From IMG/VR virus record IMGVR_UViG_3300027983_000014, positions 1 through 63,015 of that record: DNA of 63,015 nt, one strand, 5' to 3'. Positions 28,403 through 38,309 of this stretch are shown here, in pieces. The translations under genes and the position numbers were made by a program. Position 1 is the stretch's first letter, and each line of letters starts with the position of its first letter. The notes beneath the pieces are model-generated. The model was not told where the DNA came from and did no database searches. It saw only the letters and a program-made list of their open reading frames with translations. The DNA comes from a virus. Its lineage: Duplodnaviria > Caudoviricetes.

Positions 28403-30365
28403 GCGTCACCCAATTGAAATCGACCAGTTCAAAATCGTTACTCTCAACATTTATGTTGTCGCCTGCGCTCTCGATGTAGGCTGAGTTGTCATTCTTAGAT
28501 GCGTAGTGGTCTCGCAAGAAGGCGATTTCTTTGACTCCTGCGTAGTAGGCCAGATCCTGAGAATAAGATGCAGATGCGACCCGATAGCGATGGCGGCACT
28601 CAATCGGGAAGGACATTACTGGGAAGTTTTTCTCTACCAGCACTAGCTCCCGGTCCAAACTAGACACCTCGGTTGTCATCGCTCGTTGGCGGGCAATCTG
28701 TTCACGCGGATAGTCCGTGTCGTCAGTGAACCCGTAGTCATATAGAATGTTTCCGTCTTTGCCCAAATCAAATGGCCGCTTAAGGTAAGGCCTGAACAGG
28801 GTCTTGATCTTAAACAGAGTGTCTGGGTCCACCTGATCGGCCAAAGAAGACTGAGCGCTGTTGAACTGGTTGACGATATCGGCGTTTGGCCTATTGTCGA
28901 CGACATCGAAGGACGAGAACTGGTTGCGGATATCGTCAAGGAAGTAATTGTAAGCCAATTGCATAAGGTCATAGCGCAGGTGGCTGACATTTTTCACGTA
29001 TTTCCCTGCGCTCACTTGGTCCGCATACACTTGCATGAAGTAGTCGAACACCCACTTTGGATGCTTCTTGTAAATGGTGGGAGTCTGAAAGTTTCCGGGC
29101 GAGTAATACTTCCCCTGAAGGTGCGTGAATTCAATTTTCACGTATTTTGCAGTGATGGGTCGAGGAAGCGTGTGACGGTCTTTCCGAGCTGCCAAAAAAG
29201 TGGCAGGAACGCGCTCCCAGAGCAAGTTGTTCCAACTGCTTTCGTCTGCGCCCGGAATCGGGTCGTTCGAGTAGTAGACATGGAACCATACTCCGGGGGT
29301 GACCGGGTCTAGCAGCAACTGGTCGACTACGACAGGGTCTTGTCCGTCGCGCAGATCAAAATAGAGACTTTCAACAGCAAATCGAGAGGGGTTGGGTTTT
29401 GAAAGCCAGAACCCGTCTCCGGACCCGGCGTTGCGATTGCTGTTGCGTACAAGAACGCTTCGGTAATTGTTTCCTAAAAAGTCGATGCCATCGTCAGCGA
29501 TTCCTGCCAGAATGCGGAAGCGCAACGAGACCGTGGCGGCGCCTTCCAGAATCTCGGTTACGCCATCAGCCTCAAAGGCCCGACCGCGACCTTGTAGTTC
29601 AAGAGGGTTAGGAGAAGAATACCAAGCCTTGTCAGCTCCTTGTTGGATGCTGTAGATCACTTCGTTAGATCCCGGCACCATTGAAAGAAGCGCGGGAGTT
29701 CCAAAAAAGTCAAACGGGTACTGCCTCCCCGGCCTCAGAGGGCTTTCGCTGATGTCGGGCACAAGCTTAATCTTTGCACTACCAATGGTCACATGGGTCC
29801 CGTCATAGACGTCCACCGGCTGGTTATGAACCCCCGTGTTTGAACGCCCGCGAATCCCCAGACGCCATCTGTAGCGCCATTTGTCGCCCACATCATAAGG
29901 ATCAAAGTAGGCGGAGATCCAAGCGCCCTCTTCAGCAGACCCTGAGGAAGCCGAATGAGAGGCCCCAAAAGATTGACCCTTGATCCCTCCGGTCCATCCG
30001 CTTGCAGGAACGTAGTAGTCAAGCCTCCAGTCTAGGCTCGCTATGTCTTCCATGTCTTCTGCAACCGATACGAAAACTTGAAGGCCCGTCAGGGGAGGAG
30101 TCTTGACCGCCGTGTAACGGTCAGTTGTTAAGTTGGGATCGTCTGTCCCCCGTGGATAATCGCTGGGCAGCAGGAACTCTTGATAAACCCATTCTCCGCT
30201 GGTCAGATCCACATAATGGTTATCGTTTGCCGCAAACTGATTTTGGTTGACAATGATCCCGCTAAGAGTCTCGCTGATTTGGCTAGACGGTCTCGAAGTC
30301 GGCTTTGCTACAGAAAACGTGGTCGACCCGATTAAAGAATCTAGCGTTCCCGTAAAGTCAGCCAT
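28389..30365 (-). CDS. Baseplate/minor tail protein
   Basis: Large ORF in the baseplate cluster; discoidin-like segment (WLSKPNP...LYFDL...ITAKYVKIEF). Confidence 0.6.
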   Translation of the reverse strand: MADFTGTLDSLIGSTTFSVAKPTSRPSSQISETLSGIIVNQNQFAANDNHYVDLTSGEWVYQEFLLPSDYPRGTDDPNLTTDRYTAVKTPPLTGLQVFVSVAEDMEDIASLDWRLDYYVPASGWTGGIKGQSFGASHSASSGSAEEGAWISAYFDPYDVGDKWRYRWRLGIRGRSNTGVHNQPVDVYDGTHVTIGSAKIKLVPDISESPLRPGRQYPFDFFGTPALLSMVPGSNEVIYSIQQGADKAWYSSPNPLELQGRGRAFEADGVTEILEGAATVSLRFRILAGIADDGIDFLGNNYRSVLVRNSNRNAGSGDGFWLSKPNPSRFAVESLYFDLRDGQDPVVVDQLLLDPVTPGVWFHVYYSNDPIPGADESSWNNLLWERVPATFLAARKDRHTLPRPITAKYVKIEFTHLQGKYYSPGNFQTPTIYKKHPKWVFDYFMQVYADQVSAGKYVKNVSHLRYDLMQLAYNYFLDDIRNQFSSFDVVDNRPNADIVNQFNSAQSSLADQVDPDTLFKIKTLFRPYLKRPFDLGKDGNILYDYGFTDDTDYPREQIARQRAMTTEVSSLDRELVLVEKNFPVMSFPIECRHRYRVASASYSQDLAYYAGVKEIAFLRDHYASKNDNSAYIESAGDNINVESNDFELVDFNWVTHATS

Positions 30366-32370
30366 TTCGACCAACCCTTAGGTTTTTGACTTCAACACTA
30401 AACCCATGCTGGGTGTCGGTCTTAGCGTCATACAAAAAGCGGCTATCAAGGTTGGTGCTAATGTTCATGCGAGTGAAGGAGATCCGAATAAATCGCGCAA
30501 AGATTACTTGCCCCGCGTTATCAGTAAAATTGTACTTGGCGTAGCTCCACGGCAGAGTGTCATTGTAACGAAAAGACTTTGAAAATTCGACACTGGGCGC
30601 TGGCTTTACGTCAACAAACCGGCGGAGCGGAGCGGCGTCTAAAGTGTCGTAAGATATCCCAACGTCAAATGGTTTGTTAGTGATTTCGAATGTCATAAAG
30701 TTGACTGGTTGAGGGGACCCTAGGTCGATTTCTAGATAGTCGGTCCCCTCGGGGCGCTCTATGGAGGCCCAAAACTGATCGTCTTTGTACTTGATTTGAG
30801 GCACGTTTTGGAGAAACGCGTGGTCGGCGGGATAGATTCCGTTCACAAGCGACTTGCCGTTAGACTGCGCTGACACCGTCAGCGGCTCAGCGTAATCGGC
30901 CATTGCTCGGTCAGCCGTCAATCGTTCGGTCGGATTGATTTGAGTGAAACGAAGAGGCAACGCCTTGATCTGCTCATCGCTAAAGACGCCAACGTGCTCG
31001 GAAGTTATTCCCGGTACGTAATTTCCGTCCCATGGAACGTTCGTGCCTTCGGCGTAACTGGTCGCGTCGTCTAGAACGGCGTCCGTGTAAGCGGTAACAG
31101 AAGAGGCGGAGTGGAAGCCGACATAGTGTTCCGGCCTGTCTTGACGGATTCGCGGAGCCTCCTTTTCTTTGCCCGCCTCTATCCAATAGAAAGAGTTGAC
31201 GGCGGGCCAGTTAATGTCAGGATTACCACGAACGTAGCGCAAGATTTCGTAGGATTCGCTAGTAGACGCAACAGACTTCCACGGTTGGGATGTACGAGTA
31301 CCAGACCCAGCCGAAACACTAAAGAAAGTGTCGACGGGCTTTAGGTAGTCCAGAGCGGACTGGAGGTTGTGCTGTAGTTCGGGATCTATGACCGCGGCTT
31401 CGTCGACAGATGGGACCCCGTCAGCAATCGTTGTGATTTCAATGGTCGGAGACACCCCGCCAGTCAAAGCAGAGAACGACTTCAGCCTAGGAAGATCCTG
31501 ACCGGCTAGATCGCCCGTGAAGGTGACGACATAAGGCTCTAGATATGTAGAGGCAGAGATGGTGCCCGGGCCACCCGAAACGCGCACATTGTCATCTCCG
31601 ATGTTCTGGAGCGCCTGAAGCGCAGATTGGACTTCGTTGGCGGTTGCGTCCCAGTCAAGCGTCGATGTCGTCTGACCGTTGAAAATTAACACCCAGTTCC
31701 CGGCAGTAGGGGCACCCATGATCTCGACCTTTTGTTGCTCGGACCGGCTGACATCAAGCCTTGGGACCACAATAAATTCAGACGTAGATAAGGTGCTGCC
31801 AAAGTATTCATACCCCTTGGGGTCATCTGAATGGATATCAAAGAGGGATTGGTAGTTTTCGACAATGCGAACATTGCGGCCAATGCCAGAGCGCGCAGCA
31901 AGCTCCATTCCGAAGAGAGTGTTGCCAGCACGGGCTGCATTGAAGTACTCGGTGACGCGACTGCGATAGGATTCGTCTTGCGCCCTGATGAGGTCCCACT
32001 GTTCGCGTGGCAGCAATCCGGTGGGGTCTTCCTCATGGCTCTCGGCCAGTACGCGGCCAAACCGAAACGGGTTGGCGAAGTACTTTTCAAGGTCGAACAC
32101 CTCGACATTGTTGTCGGCAAGGTAAAGGCGAGCCTCTAGGGCGTTCTGCCGAAGCCATCCGACTCCAGCGGGACCCAGCAGCGTGTACATGAACCTGATA
32201 AAGTGCGTATCAGGGGCCTTGTTGTAAATAGAATCCGGGAAACGATCAAGATAATTTTGAGGATGGGTCGGACCACTTAGCGGTTCAACAAAGAACTCTT
32301 GTCGGATGGCGTCTGTGAAAGACGGGAGGTTGGTTGTCCTACCGACAGGAGTAAATGCCGTGTTTGCCAT
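30358..32370 (-). CDS. Baseplate wedge/tail protein
   Basis: Follows baseplate J with a TAATG overlap; DESYRSR and LDYLKP motifs of gpI-like wedge proteins. Confidence 0.6.
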   Translation of the reverse strand: MANTAFTPVGRTTNLPSFTDAIRQEFFVEPLSGPTHPQNYLDRFPDSIYNKAPDTHFIRFMYTLLGPAGVGWLRQNALEARLYLADNNVEVFDLEKYFANPFRFGRVLAESHEEDPTGLLPREQWDLIRAQDESYRSRVTEYFNAARAGNTLFGMELAARSGIGRNVRIVENYQSLFDIHSDDPKGYEYFGSTLSTSEFIVVPRLDVSRSEQQKVEIMGAPTAGNWVLIFNGQTTSTLDWDATANEVQSALQALQNIGDDNVRVSGGPGTISASTYLEPYVVTFTGDLAGQDLPRLKSFSALTGGVSPTIEITTIADGVPSVDEAAVIDPELQHNLQSALDYLKPVDTFFSVSAGSGTRTSQPWKSVASTSESYEILRYVRGNPDINWPAVNSFYWIEAGKEKEAPRIRQDRPEHYVGFHSASSVTAYTDAVLDDATSYAEGTNVPWDGNYVPGITSEHVGVFSDEQIKALPLRFTQINPTERLTADRAMADYAEPLTVSAQSNGKSLVNGIYPADHAFLQNVPQIKYKDDQFWASIERPEGTDYLEIDLGSPQPVNFMTFEITNKPFDVGISYDTLDAAPLRRFVDVKPAPSVEFSKSFRYNDTLPWSYAKYNFTDNAGQVIFARFIRISFTRMNISTNLDSRFLYDAKTDTQHGFSVEVKNLRVGRNG

Positions 32371-34703
32371 TACAACTGGTTCCAAACATTCTGCGCACGC
32401 GGCCTTAGGATCAGGCCAGCGACTGAATCGCCGGTAGCAGCCACCGTCGGGAGGCTTGGAAGCTCATCATCTTGTAGATAAAAGTCGCTATTGAAAACAT
32501 AATCACCGCCAGTTAGACCAGTTGGGTCAGATGTAATCAGGGGGCGCTCACCGGCACTTGAAAAGGTGACCACAAACGGGGCGGTAGGAGTCCCGTACCC
32601 CGTGACAGAGGTCACCGGGAACGATGCGGCAGTCATAGCATTAAGGACTGGGGTGACGCCATCGTCGAAGTTGATAGCGCCTGTTTCGTTCCCCTCATGA
32701 GACAGTGTAAATGTGCCGCCCGTTGGGCTTCCGACAATGTAAAATTGTTGTACGGCTGTTGCGGTGGCGTTGCCCCCTACCCGATGGTCAACCAAAACAT
32801 TCAAAAGCGGATTGCCATAGATATCACATTCGACCAAAGAGTCTCGACTCGTAGTCAAATCGCGAGACCAGCGAACGTTATCTACCCCGGAGACATTGTG
32901 AACAACTTGCAGAAGGTCAGACAGTTGGATAACTGACCCAAAATATTGGCCAGACAGATAAGAGTTCACTGAGTCTGATATCGATTGGCTGATGTCACTA
33001 ATGCCGACTCCGGTGGAAAACATAACGGTGACATCTAATTTGAAGAACCTAGTCTTAGCGCGGTGCGCAAGCACATCTGCCGTGACCTGCTTCTGCCCTT
33101 CCAGCGCCACCTGAAGATCTATGACATTACGGTCATACCGATAATTATCGATGGAGACCGCAGAATCCGTCGTACCGGCAATGGTGGTGCCAGAGTACGG
33201 GCCTTCGCTGTAATCTGCTTCGACAAGTCCACCTACCCCGGTGGCCCATTCGATTCCGTTGCGGGCACGGACCGTGTTCCCGATCTCGGTCACATCCTCT
33301 ACCGCCCAATAGTGGATGTCTTTGGTATATGTGGCATCAGATGTGGTGATCGTGTCCGGCAAATCTGTCGTGGGCTGCCAGAAAAGTGGCGTAAAAATGT
33401 TTCCGACGACAGGCCGACGGTTGGGCTGTCCCACCCTGCGGAAGTTTTCAACGCTAAGAAGTGCGCTTTCATTGCTCACAAAAATGTTCTGGGAGCCTTC
33501 GGGCCTTGGGATAACGGCGCTTGCTGTGACTTCGTTGCTTCCGTTGATAAACACATCTACACAATTGAGGACCTGTCGGTCCCAGTCATTGCGCGAAGCA
33601 GTAGACATATAGCTATGTTCAAATAGCGCGATGTCCTGCGGGCGGACAGCTTGGACCGTTGTGTCTGACCCCGAGAAAACATTGGTAAATGTCAGGTTGG
33701 GTTGATAAAGCGTAGACGCATCGAGGGCACTTGGTCCAGTCTCTGCTATGCGCCCCCTGTAAGCGTCGCCTCGATCTTTGGATGCGTCAGTAGCATTAAG
33801 TGAAAAGTCGACCCCAGTGCGATAGAAAGTTGCCCCGGCCCCGCTCTCGCCATTTGACACAAAGTAAGGAATGGTGTCGTAAACATGCTTCGAGTAGGGA
33901 ACCATAGACAAGGCCGTTGTGTAATCTCCAGCGGAGCCGTTTCCGATAATAGAGCTATCGGGATCTGCGGTTGCGTCGTCTACATCTGGCACCTGAATGT
34001 ATTCGCGGTAGCGGCTGATCGGGCCGACCACATTTGCCTTGGTCGTATTTTGCGTAGATACAGCAAGAGCCAGATACTGGTCTTCGGTCCCCGCCAGATT
34101 GCGAAAGACGGTATTTTTAAAGCGGATCTTATACTCATCGTCCGACTCTCGCTCGACCCCACCTTCGGTCGGGACATCGTTGGTTACTCCGACGATGCCA
34201 AGAATCGGCGTAGTCCCAAACTGGCTAATCGATCCGGCAGAGACATTGCCTAGGGCACCGGCCACACCGCTACGGACGGGGACGGTGACCTTAAGGGACC
34301 CAGCAGGCAAAGTAACGGGTTCTGAGGTCAAGAAAATGAGAGATGTGACTCCCGGGCCTCCGTCTACCGAGACGCTGGGAGCGATAACCTGCGTGTTGCG
34401 AGGGATCGGGACATCGTAAACGGAAGCGGTTGTGCGCCTGAAGGTGACATAACCGGTAGCGCCTCGCGCCTGCTGACGCCCGAAGCCAAACATGCCTAAG
34501 AATTTGTCGACATCGGTCCCGAACTTGGCGTCCAAGTCAAAGGCCCCGGTCAATATGTTCATGTCGACTTGGTTCTCGGCCAAGGCCTGTGCAACCGTGT
34601 CGATGATCTTGCGCTCTGGCGTGCCAACTTCTCCCGACAAGTTGGGGTCAAGCAGCCGGAGCTGCTGGAGCATTTGTAGAGCTAGATCTCTTTGTGTAGC
34701 CAT
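32370..34703 (-). CDS. Baseplate J-like wedge protein
   Basis: ARGATGYVTF, G.LGNVSAGSI, GGVERESDDEY..R, VHNVSGVDNV. Confidence 0.88.
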   Translation of the reverse strand: MATQRDLALQMLQQLRLLDPNLSGEVGTPERKIIDTVAQALAENQVDMNILTGAFDLDAKFGTDVDKFLGMFGFGRQQARGATGYVTFRRTTASVYDVPIPRNTQVIAPSVSVDGGPGVTSLIFLTSEPVTLPAGSLKVTVPVRSGVAGALGNVSAGSISQFGTTPILGIVGVTNDVPTEGGVERESDDEYKIRFKNTVFRNLAGTEDQYLALAVSTQNTTKANVVGPISRYREYIQVPDVDDATADPDSSIIGNGSAGDYTTALSMVPYSKHVYDTIPYFVSNGESGAGATFYRTGVDFSLNATDASKDRGDAYRGRIAETGPSALDASTLYQPNLTFTNVFSGSDTTVQAVRPQDIALFEHSYMSTASRNDWDRQVLNCVDVFINGSNEVTASAVIPRPEGSQNIFVSNESALLSVENFRRVGQPNRRPVVGNIFTPLFWQPTTDLPDTITTSDATYTKDIHYWAVEDVTEIGNTVRARNGIEWATGVGGLVEADYSEGPYSGTTIAGTTDSAVSIDNYRYDRNVIDLQVALEGQKQVTADVLAHRAKTRFFKLDVTVMFSTGVGISDISQSISDSVNSYLSGQYFGSVIQLSDLLQVVHNVSGVDNVRWSRDLTTSRDSLVECDIYGNPLLNVLVDHRVGGNATATAVQQFYIVGSPTGGTFTLSHEGNETGAINFDDGVTPVLNAMTAASFPVTSVTGYGTPTAPFVVTFSSAGERPLITSDPTGLTGGDYVFNSDFYLQDDELPSLPTVAATGDSVAGLILRPRAQNVWNQL

Positions 34704-35170
34704 CAGACTGACGCCTGCACGGGAATCGAAATTTGGATAGGGTCATTACGCCCGGTAGTGATCTCTATCGTGACGGTGACCGTGTCTTCCTTGGGATTGA
34801 TAATGATGCCGTTGATTTCGTACAAGATCTCGTCCTTAGTCAAAGTGGCGTTTTTGAACGCAAACCTATCGGATTTGGCTCTGGTGAATTGAGTGGATCT
34901 GTAATCTTGAAGGATGCGGCTAATTTCAGCACGGATTTTAAGCAAGGCGGAGTCGTCTTGTCTAAGACCAATCATGCTTGGCCGCTCCATGCCGTTTTCC
35001 ATTCCGCCATCGATCAAAGACCCGTACCGGATGTGCAAATTATCAGTGCCCATAGGCTCTAGTACCCAGTGGGCCAGATCTTGTGCGACTTTCTGATGAC
35101 CAGTTGCGATGCCCAATTGGGCACCAGTGGTCGTAAAATCGCCGTTACGTATTTGCAGGCTCCAACTCAT
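34703..35170 (-). CDS. Baseplate wedge / sheath initiator (gp25-like)
   Basis: GHQKVAQDL..W.LEP.G....H..YGS; immediately upstream of J. Confidence 0.75.
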   Translation of the reverse strand: MSWSLQIRNGDFTTTGAQLGIATGHQKVAQDLAHWVLEPMGTDNLHIRYGSLIDGGMENGMERPSMIGLRQDDSALLKIRAEISRILQDYRSTQFTRAKSDRFAFKNATLTKDEILYEINGIIINPKEDTVTVTIEITTGRNDPIQISIPVQASV

Positions 35171-35654
35171 CCTGACTATTACCGGTCGGTTTCGAGTAGA
35201 TCGCTAGTGGCACGCCCCCAGCCATTATCGGGCGATCACAAGTTTTGAAGCCATGGCGCTCAAACATAGGGGCACTTGTAGGGGTCCCACCGATCCTTCC
35301 CTCCCTGACTCCGATTGTATGCCAAACGCCAAGCGCTCTGACAACGGAGGTAAAAATCCCCTGACCTTGGTGCTCTTTTTCGATGTAAAGCCCTTGGAAT
35401 TGCACCACAGAAGTGTCAGCTTCGTCGATGATGGCCCATCCGTGCCCCACCCTCTCTAAGTCTAGGATCCACTCAAACTGGACCTCTACCCTGTTACGCA
35501 GACCGTTGCCATCCCCGGGATTGTGCATCTCGGATTTAGACTGCACTTTACACAAAAACTCATCACAAGAAAAGGCTTTGGCCAATGCATATTCTGCTCC
35601 GGGATAGTCTAATAGTATATCAAGGTCGGCCATTCGATCACGCAACGCCTTCAA
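35145..35654 (-). CDS. GNAT-like acetyltransferase
   Basis: LYIEKEHQGQGIF motif A; SAPMFERHGF; AAGGAG RBS before a TTG start. Confidence 0.65.
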   Translation of the reverse strand: MKALRDRMADLDILLDYPGAEYALAKAFSCDEFLCKVQSKSEMHNPGDGNGLRNRVEVQFEWILDLERVGHGWAIIDEADTSVVQFQGLYIEKEHQGQGIFTSVVRALGVWHTIGVREGRIGGTPTSAPMFERHGFKTCDRPIMAGGVPLAIYSKPTGNSQDELEPANT

Positions 35655-35702
35655 CGATTCTCCTTGCGGTGCCGGACGATCATTAGCTAACCCTCACTGG
35701 CG

Positions 35703-35972
35703 TTATCGCCATAAACTTCTCAGAAGAACTAATCGAGATGCTTTCCAGAGATAGTATATATTGTCGCCTGTCTGCTGCTGCGCAATGATTGCCCCGTTAT
35801 TAGAAGCCCGGTGAAGGTGCGAACCAGCACCAGCAGTAGTGCCAGTGTGAGTGTGAGGGACAGACTGACCACCAGATTGATTGCCGCTGGCGCCAACACT
35901 ATGGGCGTGTGACAAAAGCGTCTCCAACCCGTCAGCGCCCTTAACGTTAGGGTTAGGTAATTGAAGAGTCAC
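35703..35972 (-). pseudogene. Short tail-fibre-tip-like ORF, possibly a remnant
   Basis: HAHS..G.QS..HTHTGTT..AGSHLH fibre-tip motifs in only 89 aa. Confidence 0.4.
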
Positions 35973-36877
35973 TACGCGACACCAGTAACTATAAGATTAC
36001 GAGTTATCCAATTGTTAAGGCCCCCACCGCACTTATAGGCCAGTGTAAACTTATTAGTTCCTGCTGTTAGTCCAGTAATAATATATGAGCGCCCCAACCC
36101 TACGTAAGTTGACGCCGGAACGCTAACAAGCACCCCGTTTGCGTCGGTGGCGCCCACGGCGTTTAACTGAACAGAAAGACGAGATGGGTTTGCGGTACCA
36201 TTAACCACGGTCGCAGTCATGTCAATCCTTGCTGTCGTACCTGTTACAAGCGAAACACTAACCGCCGTCGAGTCACTACTAAGCGTTGTGACATACGAGG
36301 CCGAGGACGAATTGGCAGAAGTGTTAGAGAACGCGCCCAACGAAGTCACACAAACCCAAACGGTCCCATTATAGATCGTCTGGATGCCCGTAGGAACGGC
36401 GTTCGTGGCTCCCGTTGCTGCCGGTACGGTCGGGGCTGTCAAATAAACAATCATTCCCTCGGTTGGAGAACCAATGGCTGAGTCACGCGCAGCCTCGTTT
36501 GTAAAAACTGACGTAGCAGTGATAAGGGTCTTGTCGGGTCCAACAACCAAATCGCCTTCAATGGATAGGCTCCCTGCAACCAAGGTGTTGCCCGTAATCT
36601 TGGTGTCTCCGGGATTAAGCGTTGAGACATCGCCAAGACCATCCTCAGGGATTTCGATTCGGCTATCTAGAATCCAGTAACCGTCATCTCGGCGGATTGT
36701 CCAAACCTCTCCTTCTGCTGGCCAACGGAACACAGCTCCGACTTCCGTAGCTCGGATCTGAACCATCGCGCCGTCTTTCAGTGTCCCCTCGATACGACGG
36801 GTGGCGGGATCGACAGTGATGATGCGTGTCGCCAATTTGCGACCATATCCGCCCTGTAGGTATCTGCTGACTGGCAT
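35972..36877 (-). CDS. Putative baseplate spike (OB-fold N-terminus) with beta-rich C-terminal domain
   Basis: IITVDP...WPAEGEVW; G.L.I.GDL.V repeat; FTNEAARDSAI..P.EGM; lies between hub and gp25-like genes. Confidence 0.55.
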   Translation of the reverse strand: MPVSRYLQGGYGRKLATRIITVDPATRRIEGTLKDGAMVQIRATEVGAVFRWPAEGEVWTIRRDDGYWILDSRIEIPEDGLGDVSTLNPGDTKITGNTLVAGSLSIEGDLVVGPDKTLITATSVFTNEAARDSAIGSPTEGMIVYLTAPTVPAATGATNAVPTGIQTIYNGTVWVCVTSLGAFSNTSANSSSASYVTTLSSDSTAVSVSLVTGTTARIDMTATVVNGTANPSRLSVQLNAVGATDANGVLVSVPASTYVGLGRSYIITGLTAGTNKFTLAYKCGGGLNNWITRNLIVTGVA

Positions 36878-36911
36878 CGTCTATTAACTCTCCTGATCGA
36901 TTGGGTTTTGA

Positions 36912-38309
36912 TCAATCCGCTTGCGTTGAGAGCACCCCGGCCCTTACCATCCCGGCACTAGCGTTTTGGCGTGTTCCCATCTTGGCATCGGCTGGAGCGA
37001 CAAATTTGACCTGAGTCTCAAAGCCAGTCTCGTAATCGAAGGTGTGAGTGACCTCGTCAACATACATTTGCAAGTCATGCTGAGGGAAGCGCACAATGCC
37101 GCCGGGATAAATCTCAGGCATAAAGGTGAGCGAAAAGTCTGCGTTAAACTGCTGGCTCCACATCAAAGAAAACTTCTGGTATGCCAAGAAGGTCTCATAG
37201 TAAGGGGAACGGACCATCGGGGCCTCTTCGAAATGCGGACGAGCGCCGTACTTGCGTAAAAACGCGATGGCTTTATGTTTCTCAGCTAGCGTAGGGCTGT
37301 CCAGAGAGACAGGAGGCTCGTCTGGTTTATCGCCATCTTCGCCGATCTGAACGGCATTCTCGTCTTTCGGATTCATAAAGCCCGCTGCAAATGCGTCAAA
37401 AACTGTAACGATCCCGTTAGTCTGAACGCGATCAAACATGTTGACGCCATCATAAAGACCAGCGATGTCACCAACCACATAAACATGAGTGGCTAAAGCA
37501 TCATCTGTTAAGTCGACCTGACCGCTCAGTATTTCGATGTCTTCGATATCCCAGTAGGGAGTTCTATGATTTTGTCCCCCGAAGTAGTCTGGGTAAAAGG
37601 CAAAAAAGTCGCCATTCGGCAAAGACTGGATGTTCCGCAAGCAAGCCTGAGCAAGCTGTTGCACAAATGGGAACAGGGGCTGATCATTCATAAGCGACTT
37701 CTTGCCGCGAAGAGCCAGACTTTCTACGTTATTAAAAAGTCCGGGAAGATCAATATAAGTTACAAAGGCAGTGGATTTAGAAAGTTTTTCGACGGTCCGA
37801 AGGTCTACTCCTCCTTCCGGGGTTCCCGGGGTAGCCGATTCCTCGTCCGACCCGGTCCGAGGCGAAAACCCATTTGTGCTACGAGCCTCTCGCCAACCAA
37901 CAGGAATGAGCTTGTTGCCGCTACCGCCAGACTCAGCGAACTTCCTGCCACCGTCCATCTCGAAAGTCATAAACGCGTGTGAGTCACTCGGATTACCGGG
38001 GATTTCGTTCACCCAAACCGTGAACTCCTTACCTTCCCCAGCCTTACCCCACACATTCAAGCCGGTAGTCGTCTGAGGCGATGTGAGCAAGCCACCAGCG
38101 TTCAACACAGACGAAACGAACCCGGAGCAATCGTACCCGTTCGGATCATTGAAGCTACCGTGGCCGCCACCCCACAAGTACAACTGCTGTCTCTTATGGA
38201 TTTCGTCAACACGAGCAATCATCCGCTCAACAAGCGCGCTTGACTGATTGGCTGGCTGCCCGCGAGGACCAGTAGTGGAACCTTCATGGTTGCGATCAAT
38301 CGCTGGCAT
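36912..38309 (-). CDS. Baseplate hub C-half paralogue 3 with N-terminal NlpC/P60 peptidase
   Basis: YLWGGGH...YDCSGFVS...H; shared C-region ESLALRG..SL.NDQPL...FMPEIYPGG. Confidence 0.8.
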   Translation of the reverse strand: MPAIDRNHEGSTTGPRGQPANQSSALVERMIARVDEIHKRQQLYLWGGGHGSFNDPNGYDCSGFVSSVLNAGGLLTSPQTTTGLNVWGKAGEGKEFTVWVNEIPGNPSDSHAFMTFEMDGGRKFAESGGSGNKLIPVGWREARSTNGFSPRTGSDEESATPGTPEGGVDLRTVEKLSKSTAFVTYIDLPGLFNNVESLALRGKKSLMNDQPLFPFVQQLAQACLRNIQSLPNGDFFAFYPDYFGGQNHRTPYWDIEDIEILSGQVDLTDDALATHVYVVGDIAGLYDGVNMFDRVQTNGIVTVFDAFAAGFMNPKDENAVQIGEDGDKPDEPPVSLDSPTLAEKHKAIAFLRKYGARPHFEEAPMVRSPYYETFLAYQKFSLMWSQQFNADFSLTFMPEIYPGGIVRFPQHDLQMYVDEVTHTFDYETGFETQVKFVAPADAKMGTRQNASAGMVRAGVLSTQAD

